64,000 nt of DNA, from NCBI GenBank assembly GCA_024401395.1, contig JAKSLD010000002.1, positions 29,939 through 93,938 on the forward strand. Reading direction: 5' to 3'. The first letter of the stretch is position 1. Each line of letters starts with the position of its first letter. Shown one piece after another: positions 57,885-64,000 of this stretch. The translations under genes were made by a program, and so were the position numbers. The notes beneath the pieces were generated by a model. The model was not told the origin of the DNA, did no database searches, and was given only the letters and a program-made list of their open reading frames with translations. The stretch comes from Bacteroidales bacterium. GTDB lineage: Bacteria > Bacteroidota > Bacteroidia > Bacteroidales > Marinilabiliaceae.

Positions 57885-58761
57885 TCCTGTTTAGACCTGA
57901 CACCTTTACCGGTGGTTTGTAGGCGTCAAATCCATTTCCATATACACCTGTAACTGAGGCTACCGATACAAAGGCTTCTGGATCTTCTGCTCTAACTATC
58001 CTCAACACGTCGTGCATTTCTGTGCGACGGACTAGCATCATCACTATCTCGCGGTTCTCTCCCGTATAATATCCTTCTCCGTGGATAAGGGTAATGCCTC
58101 GTAATATCTTGCTGCTGATGACATCGGCAAGTTCTCTGCCTCGTCTGGATATTATCATTATCTGTATAGATTGCTTTGATCCTGTCAATACGTAGTCGGC
58201 CGACATCGATATGCCTATCATTACTACATATCCGTATAGCATCTCTTGTATGCTGTGGTGTAATGTATAGCCCGACGCAATAATTACTATATCGCACATC
58301 ATCATTACTCGCCCTGGCATGATATTACGATATTTGTTGACTATCATCGCTACTATCTCCGTTCCTCCTGTACTGCCGCCTTGCGAGAGCATCATACCGA
58401 TACTTGAACCGACTATAATACTGCCCATAATGGAACACATGAATTTGTCCGTTACTAATGGCTCTGTAATCCACGTTCCTAAAATATCTACCATCACACT
58501 GAGGAAGGTAATACAGTATATCGTCTTGAACCCGAAACTTACACCGACTACTCTTATCGCTATTACTAACATTATGCCGTTAGCAATAAGGTTTATCATA
58601 CCCGCAGGTAGAAATCCATTCGAAAGAAGTTCTATAAGCTTGGAAAGTCCAAGAAATCCACTACCTACAATGTTTTGTGGAAGAATAAAGCCGCACCATC
58701 CTATGCAGGATACTATTAGCGCCAGCGTCAGCCATAAATACTGCCTGAATATCTCTTTCAT
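57862..58761 (-). CDS. YitT-family membrane protein (DUF161/DUF2179)
   Basis: Five to six TM helices followed by a C-terminal DUF2179-like soluble domain. Confidence 0.7.
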   Translation of the reverse strand: MKEIFRQYLWLTLALIVSCIGWCGFILPQNIVGSGFLGLSKLIELLSNGFLPAGMINLIANGIMLVIAIRVVGVSFGFKTIYCITFLSVMVDILGTWITEPLVTDKFMCSIMGSIIVGSSIGMMLSQGGSTGGTEIVAMIVNKYRNIMPGRVMMMCDIVIIASGYTLHHSIQEMLYGYVVMIGISMSADYVLTGSKQSIQIMIISRRGRELADVISSKILRGITLIHGEGYYTGENREIVMMLVRRTEMHDVLRIVRAEDPEAFVSVASVTGVYGNGFDAYKPPVKVSGLNRTSDRIKG

Positions 58762-58857
58762 TTTAAATAAGATTCTAAAAATGGCATACGTGCTTCACGT
58801 ACTTTCGGGACGCAAAATTAATAGATATTTGTACCAAATGTACGTATCTACGAAATT

Positions 58858-60555
58858 TTAATCATTTATAACACCAAGGTCTATTACCTGGTCTGCCATC
58901 TTTATGGTATCTTCACTGTGACTCACTATCACCGCGGTCCTGTCTTGCATTATCTTATGGAACGACCCTAGCAGATTTTTCCTCGTCTCTCTGTCTAATG
59001 ACGCCATGGGCTCATCAAGGAATATTATCTGCGAATTCTTATTGTAGAATGATCTGGCTAATGCAATCCTTTGCCACTGACCCTGACTGAGCATCTCGCT
59101 TCCTTCAAAAAGGTTGCCTAGCGTCGTATCATATCCTTTAGGTAATTTACTTAATAGCTCGTCTACTCCTGCCGAATACGCCGCTTCTCGTACCGACTCT
59201 TCTGTAGCTTCTTCTCTGATATTTCCTAAATTGATGTTTTCTTTGGCCGACGTGTTGTATAGCATGAAATCTTGGAATATCGCTGATACATTATCGGAAA
59301 TATCATTTGCTGAGAAATCGTTTATCGACTCGCCGTCTATCAATATCTCTCCACTGGTAGGCCTGTATAACCCACATAGCAATTTTACTAATGTTGTCTT
59401 GCCTGAGCCGTTTGGCCCGACTAACGCCACGGTCTGACCAGGCTCTATCTTGAATGATATATTCTTGATGGCTTCTCTCTGCGAATCTGGATATTTGAAT
59501 GATACGTTTCTGACCTCTATCCCGACTTTCATTGGTCGTGGGAATACTTTCCCGCCGTTTGCCTTGTCTGGCAGCGCATAGCGTCTGTCTATAGCTATGT
59601 CTAGATAATCAAACAGATTTCTCAGATATATATTCGTATCTACTAGCGATGCCACATTTCCCATCAGCCCTTGTGCCGTAGAATTGGCTCTTTGTATCGA
59701 CATAAAGTACAATGCCAGCGAACCTGCCGTCAAATCGCCTTCTATTGCTCGCCAGACGACGATTCCTGCCAGCATCACAACGCCTGCCGTGGAGATTACT
59801 TGCCCTAATGCTTCTCGCTTGACGTTCTTCTCATATAATGCCTCTCGCTGATTCCTCAACGTGGTCTGCAGCTCATCGTGCCTGCTCGCAAATAGCTCTC
59901 CTAAACCAAAGAGCCTGACTTCCTTGGCAAATTCTTTGACGGTCAGAATACGGCTGTAGTATGATTTCTTGCGCTCGTTGATGGTCTGCTCTCTCTGTAG
60001 ATTGAACATCGAGCGTGAGGATTTTACTTTTATTGCAACCAATGGCAACCCTATCGCTATTATGGCTATAGGCATCGACCAGTGTAGTGATATCAGTACC
60101 GCACCTAGTAAAAGTGCCGTAATACACTCTTGAATTATGGAGCATAGCGAATAAAGTACGGATAATGGCTTACTGGACGACTCGTTGACTGCCCTGAAAA
60201 ATATGTTCTGATACTCTGAATTTTCTAATATCGAGAGGTCCATCATCATCGATTTCTTATGTATCAGCCTCCATATCCTCTCGCTGACTCGCGCCGATAG
60301 CCTCTGTCGCATCACTTGTGCCATACTGGCTGTCACGCCATTGCATATATATATGGCTGCCAATATCGCTGCTGCCTGCGCCAATGGAACAAAATCAAGC
60401 GCCCTCGCCCCTATCTGTTCCATCGTCACATCTACCATCACTTTCAACGCCCATAGCATAACCACAGGCATCACGCCTCTGCACAGTACAAGAACCCCTA
60501 CCACACTCGCTAAGCGTGGTGATGTGGTGAATATAAGTCTCAATGTCCTGCGCAT
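58858..60555 (-). CDS. ABC exporter, fused permease/ATP-binding protein (MsbA-like)
   Basis: Six-TM domain. Walker A GPNGSGKTT, signature LSQGQWQRIALAR, Walker B IFLDEPMASLD. Confidence 0.85.
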   Translation of the reverse strand: MRRTLRLIFTTSPRLASVVGVLVLCRGVMPVVMLWALKVMVDVTMEQIGARALDFVPLAQAAAILAAIYICNGVTASMAQVMRQRLSARVSERIWRLIHKKSMMMDLSILENSEYQNIFFRAVNESSSKPLSVLYSLCSIIQECITALLLGAVLISLHWSMPIAIIAIGLPLVAIKVKSSRSMFNLQREQTINERKKSYYSRILTVKEFAKEVRLFGLGELFASRHDELQTTLRNQREALYEKNVKREALGQVISTAGVVMLAGIVVWRAIEGDLTAGSLALYFMSIQRANSTAQGLMGNVASLVDTNIYLRNLFDYLDIAIDRRYALPDKANGGKVFPRPMKVGIEVRNVSFKYPDSQREAIKNISFKIEPGQTVALVGPNGSGKTTLVKLLCGLYRPTSGEILIDGESINDFSANDISDNVSAIFQDFMLYNTSAKENINLGNIREEATEESVREAAYSAGVDELLSKLPKGYDTTLGNLFEGSEMLSQGQWQRIALARSFYNKNSQIIFLDEPMASLDRETRKNLLGSFHKIMQDRTAVIVSHSEDTIKMADQVIDLGVIND

Positions 60556-60623
60556 ACGCTTTTGGTAGATTTCCTATAGGGAATAAATCTTAACAAATAT
60601 ATCTATACTACTTCTCTATACTT

Positions 60624-60645
60624 TCTCTTAACGCTCTCTTAATAC
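60624..60645 (-). repeat. Exact reverse-complement copy of the 22-mer GTATTAAGAGAGCGTTAAGAGA (dispersed intergenic motif)
   Basis: 22 of 22 identical with 7943-7964 on the opposite strand. Confidence 0.6.
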
Positions 60646-60716
60646 AGTGACTATACAGCGACTATGCTGAGAGCCTCTACAGAGGTTAATATAAATATAT
60701 ATTATCCAAATAAATA

Positions 60717-61730
60717 TTAGCTCTCAATGGTAGTCCTTGAGTATGGCGCTACTGTCTGCTCACAGGTTATCCCTTTCAGAAATTTCCTGTACCCGGCACT
60801 GGCTACCATGGCGGCATTGTCTGTCGTATATTTGAATGGTGGTACGTATACCTTATATCCTTTCTTCTCTTGCAACTCCATAAAGGCATTTCTCAACCCG
60901 CTGTTGGCTGATACTCCTCCCGCAACTGCAAGGTGCTTTATCTTCAGGTCCTTGGCGGCCTTCAATAGCTTCTTCATCAGAATATGTATAACCGTAGCTT
61001 GTAATGAGGCGCACAGGTCTTCTTTATTCTCTTCTATGAAGTTTGGATTTTCTTTGATATTGTCTCTCAAGGTATAGAGGAATGATGTCTTTAACCCAGA
61101 GAAACTGTAGTTGTACCCTTGTATATTTGGCTCCGCAAATGCAAACGCCTTGGGATTTCCTTGCTGTGCTAGTTTGTCTACTACAGGCCCGCCTGGATAA
61201 CCTAGGTTCATTACCTTGGCACATTTGTCAAATGCTTCTCCCGCCGCATCGTCTATGGTCTGCCCTATTACTTCCATATCCATGTAGTCTTTTACAAGGA
61301 GTATTTGACTGTTTCCGCCGGATACCAAAAGGCATAGGAATGGGAATGGGGGCATAGGCTGCGCTGGATCTACTACAAAATGAGCGGATACGTGTGCCTG
61401 CAAATGGTTGACGTCTACCATAGGTACCCCAAGTGCCAATGAGAACGACTTGGCAAATGATGTACCTACCAAAAGTGACCCTAATAGTCCTGGACCTCTG
61501 GTAAATGCTATAGCCGATAAATCGTGCTTTGTTATCCCAGCATCTGCAATAGCCTTGTCAACTACTGGAATAATATTCTGCTCATGTGCTCGCGATGCCA
61601 ACTCAGGTACTACCCCACCATATCTTAGGTGTACTGCCTGCGATGCCGTAACATTAGACAATACTTTGCCATCTTCTAAGACAGCAGCTGATGTATCGTC
61701 ACAAGATGATTCTATGCCAAGAATGTACAT
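60717..61730 (-). CDS. tsaD: tRNA N6-adenosine threonylcarbamoyltransferase
   Basis: MYILGIESSCDDTSAAVL N-terminus. HxxH metal site (…HLQAHV…). Kae1/TsaD length. Confidence 0.9.
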   Translation of the reverse strand: MYILGIESSCDDTSAAVLEDGKVLSNVTASQAVHLRYGGVVPELASRAHEQNIIPVVDKAIADAGITKHDLSAIAFTRGPGLLGSLLVGTSFAKSFSLALGVPMVDVNHLQAHVSAHFVVDPAQPMPPFPFLCLLVSGGNSQILLVKDYMDMEVIGQTIDDAAGEAFDKCAKVMNLGYPGGPVVDKLAQQGNPKAFAFAEPNIQGYNYSFSGLKTSFLYTLRDNIKENPNFIEENKEDLCASLQATVIHILMKKLLKAAKDLKIKHLAVAGGVSANSGLRNAFMELQEKKGYKVYVPPFKYTTDNAAMVASAGYRKFLKGITCEQTVAPYSRTTIES

Positions 61731-61897
61731 ACCAACTCAAAATAGATACGCAAAAATACAATATTCTATTATCTCAATCAAATTTTCACTCTACCTCCTC
61801 ACGCCTTATCTCTCTTCTAGTCTCAATATTGCGTTTGCCAGTAGTATGCTGCTATATTATATATGTATGTTCTCCTACACCAACCTGTGGAATAAAT

Positions 61898-61912
61898 GCT
61901 GAATTATTCAGC
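61898..61912. promoter_or_regulatory. Perfect 15-bp palindrome GCTGAATTATTCAGC upstream of tsaD
   Basis: 7-bp arms about a central T. About 170 bp upstream of the tsaD start on the minus strand. Confidence 0.3.
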
Positions 61913-61959
61913 TCAATCATTTTATTCATTATGAAACATTTATATTGTTGTGTATAATA

Positions 61960-62244
61960 TCACTTTACTTTAGCAAACATTGTGTCAAGTGCCGACTGTG
62001 GGAATGGGCATGGCTCGTTGCGGAATTTAGCCATACGGAATTGCTCACATGCCCTGGCTACGGAGTCTTCCGCAAAGCACTTGAAGAGCGTATCCTTGAG
62101 CCCATCCAGACGCTTGGCATCTTCTGTAGTGAAACGTCCGCAATCTGCATAGCTCATCTTGGGTGTCGGTAAAATATCGTGATAGTAAAACGACCAGACT
62201 AGAAACTGCATACACACGTCTGGGGTCATCAACACATCTTCCAT
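61960..62244 (-). CDS. Hypothetical small Cys-containing protein
   Basis: 94-aa ORF in a gap between genes on the same strand. No recognisable domain. The true start may be an internal Met. Confidence 0.3.
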   Translation of the reverse strand: MEDVLMTPDVCMQFLVWSFYYHDILPTPKMSYADCGRFTTEDAKRLDGLKDTLFKCFAEDSVARACEQFRMAKFRNEPCPFPQSALDTMFAKVK

Positions 62245-62348
62245 AATTCTAATGTCTATATATACTTATTGTAATTATCTGACTCTGCTATATATCATAT
62301 CGACAAAAGTCATCTTTTCCTTTTTTTTGTATATCGGCTGTGCCTGTC

Positions 62349-63317
62349 TTAGAAAACGGATGCTTTCTTAGCAGTTTCTGCGATGCCGCCTTTTCCTGTG
62401 ATTACCTGCTGTCCCCACCAAGTCAATGTTTTCCAGTCGTCAGGCTCTACAAGGTCTAGCCATTGGTTCTCCTTGTTGTTCCCCGTCCACGACCAAGGCA
62501 TAAAGCCGTAGTCAAGTTTATTACAGGTCGACAATATCATTTGATGGTCTGCCCTACAGGTCAGATTATTATTGCCTTCATCGTAATTATAGCCGAACTC
62601 TCCAACAATTATAGGCAATGCTTGCTGATGACAGAGTGTAAGTTTCTGCTCTATATCGGCAGCATTATTCCAACTGCCATACATATGGACTGAGTATAGG
62701 ATGTTGTGCAATGGGTCTGACTCAATAACGTCCTTCCCGAACTCTATGATAGGGGCTATATTCTGTCCCCAACCTGGAGCGTCAATGACAAGTGTCGTGG
62801 CATAGCCTGCCTGTCTCATTATGCCGACTGCCTTTTCATAGGCATCTCTCCAGTATTCGTCCTTCATAGGGTTGTCTCCCCATTCGTTTGCTATATTGAG
62901 CAACAGGAATCGCTCATACTTCTGCAACATTGAGACGCGCTGTGGTTCCGCATACCAACTGGCCATATCTGCAAGACGATCTGCCGATGTATTACCCGTG
63001 ACATCATGAAGTTCTACCATAGGAATCATCTCGAGTTCAATGCACCTGGAGATAATACGCTCTAGGTCAGCGTCCTTACCTTTTGTATTCCATACGATAC
63101 GAATAGTATTACTTCCTGTCGCCTGAATGTCATCAAGTGCCTTGAAAGCCTTTTCTCCAAACCAGGCGTGGGGATTATTCATTCCACGGATAATAAACTC
63201 TTCTCCATTAGCATCAAGCAGCTTGCATCCCTCAGTAGTGAAAGTATTCCTCTGGCTACACGACACACAAGCCAATGTGACGAAAAGTAATGATGATAAT
63301 AAAATCTTGATATTCAT
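62349..63317 (-). CDS. Glycoside hydrolase family 5 lipoprotein (beta-mannanase-like)
   Basis: Lipoprotein signal (…TLACVSC). GH5 conserved residues in order: R (IRIVW), H (ELHD), NE acid (IANEW), HxY (VHMYG), nucleophile E (VGEFG), W (MPWSW). Confidence 0.7.
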   Translation of the reverse strand: MNIKILLSSLLFVTLACVSCSQRNTFTTEGCKLLDANGEEFIIRGMNNPHAWFGEKAFKALDDIQATGSNTIRIVWNTKGKDADLERIISRCIELEMIPMVELHDVTGNTSADRLADMASWYAEPQRVSMLQKYERFLLLNIANEWGDNPMKDEYWRDAYEKAVGIMRQAGYATTLVIDAPGWGQNIAPIIEFGKDVIESDPLHNILYSVHMYGSWNNAADIEQKLTLCHQQALPIIVGEFGYNYDEGNNNLTCRADHQMILSTCNKLDYGFMPWSWTGNNKENQWLDLVEPDDWKTLTWWGQQVITGKGGIAETAKKASVF

Positions 63318-63413
63318 AGCTTATATCTTATCAATGCGATTATTCAACGAACAAATATAATTGTTATATAACTAAATATTCAATGTTACTAAACGAACTT
63401 CAACCATATCTGC

Positions 63414-63848
63414 CTACTTGTTTTGGCTATACAATGCAATGGCATCTCTGATTATCTCCTCATGATCAAATGCAAGAGGTGGCAGATTATTGATTGGAAA
63501 CCATTGAGCCTTTGCTGCATCGTCTTGACCTGAAACTTCTAATGCCGACTCTACAATAGCAAGATATGCCACAGTAATTGTACGCCCACGGGGATCACGG
63601 TCGACCTTGGAGTAGGCTCCTACTTGAATCACATCGGCAACTATAAGCCCTGTTTCTTCTTCCAACTCTCGTATAGCACATTGCTCTGTCGTTTCATCCA
63701 TATCCATGAATCCTCCTGGGAATGCCCAACACAGTTTATAAGGTTCATTCGCCCTCTGAATCAGTAATACCCTAGGATCCGATTCCTTAGTAACAACAAT
63801 ACAGTCTGCCGTAACAGCTGGCCTCGCGTATTTATATGTAAATGACAT
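63414..63848 (-). CDS. NUDIX hydrolase
   Basis: Nudix box GGFMDMDETTEQCAIRELEEETGL. Start set at the internal ATG at 63846-63848. Confidence 0.8.
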   Translation of the reverse strand: MSFTYKYARPAVTADCIVVTKESDPRVLLIQRANEPYKLCWAFPGGFMDMDETTEQCAIRELEEETGLIVADVIQVGAYSKVDRDPRGRTITVAYLAIVESALEVSGQDDAAKAQWFPINNLPPLAFDHEEIIRDAIALYSQNK

Positions 63849-64000
63849 CCGATACTTAATTTTATGTTCAATTATAGTGCACAAATGATACTTGACATCA
63901 ATATTCGCGCGAAACAAAAAAGTCACGCAGAAACCTTTCTACGCGACTTTTATGTTCTATAACTTATTCTCTTAGAATACGATATTGACAATTCTCTTAG

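Noticed and set aside
1-64000. tRNA, rRNA or tmRNA genes
   Set aside because: I scanned the intergenic regions by eye for T-loop (GTTCGAATC-like) and acceptor-stem patterns and found none. A tRNAscan or Infernal run would be needed to be definitive.

Overview
This 64-kb window looks like a Bacteroidales (Bacteroides/Prevotella-like) chromosome segment. The assignment rests on Bacteroides-type TAnnTTTG promoter motifs, a hybrid two-component-like sensor with an AraC domain, and a complete Bat (MoxR/DUF58/vWA/TPR) aerotolerance operon. No tRNA, rRNA, CRISPR array, transposase or integrase was seen, and there is no sign of an integrated mobile element.

Most of the window is housekeeping. It carries the sensor/AraC regulator with SurA-like PPIases and an OstA-like protein, a LytTR-znuABC unit, an M16 peptidase, proCBA, hisH-A-F-IE, a GH3 beta-glucosidase, lgt, NfeD-flotillin, a GH31 hydrolase, an M20 amidohydrolase, azlCD, manA, the eight-gene Bat operon, and a minus-strand block (YitT, ABC exporter, tsaD, GH5, NUDIX).

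The best candidate for an undescribed system is a tight five-gene plus-strand cluster at 39.5-44.3 kb. It encodes a circularly permuted ATP-grasp protein, an alpha-E domain protein, a transglutaminase-like cysteine protease and two tandem AstE/AspA (M14-like) deacylases. The second deacylase has lost its zinc ligands. By domain logic this is an amidoligase/peptide-tagging system with a dedicated hydrolase; its product is unknown.

Other observations worth a second look:
- An operon of an outer-membrane beta-barrel, an imelysin, a DUF1111 di-heme protein and a CcsA-like protein, where the CcsA-like protein looks like a dedicated haem lyase.
- A hybrid sensor that lacks both the receiver domain and the phospho-acceptor histidine.
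- A ~120-bp composite repeat containing an 11-bp tandem VNTR. It is present as an inverted pair 15 kb apart (29.4 kb and 44.4 kb), with solo 30-bp units that flank lgt.
- A diverged partial duplication of a compact FNT-like channel gene with an in-frame internal deletion.
- A dispersed intergenic motif, GTATTAAGAGAGCGTTA, at four sites.
- A palindrome/direct-repeat array that could form a hairpin switch in front of the LytTR-znuABC unit.
- An apparent codon-usage shift across 39.5-57.9 kb.

All calls are made by eye from the sequence and the ORF track. No database search was run.
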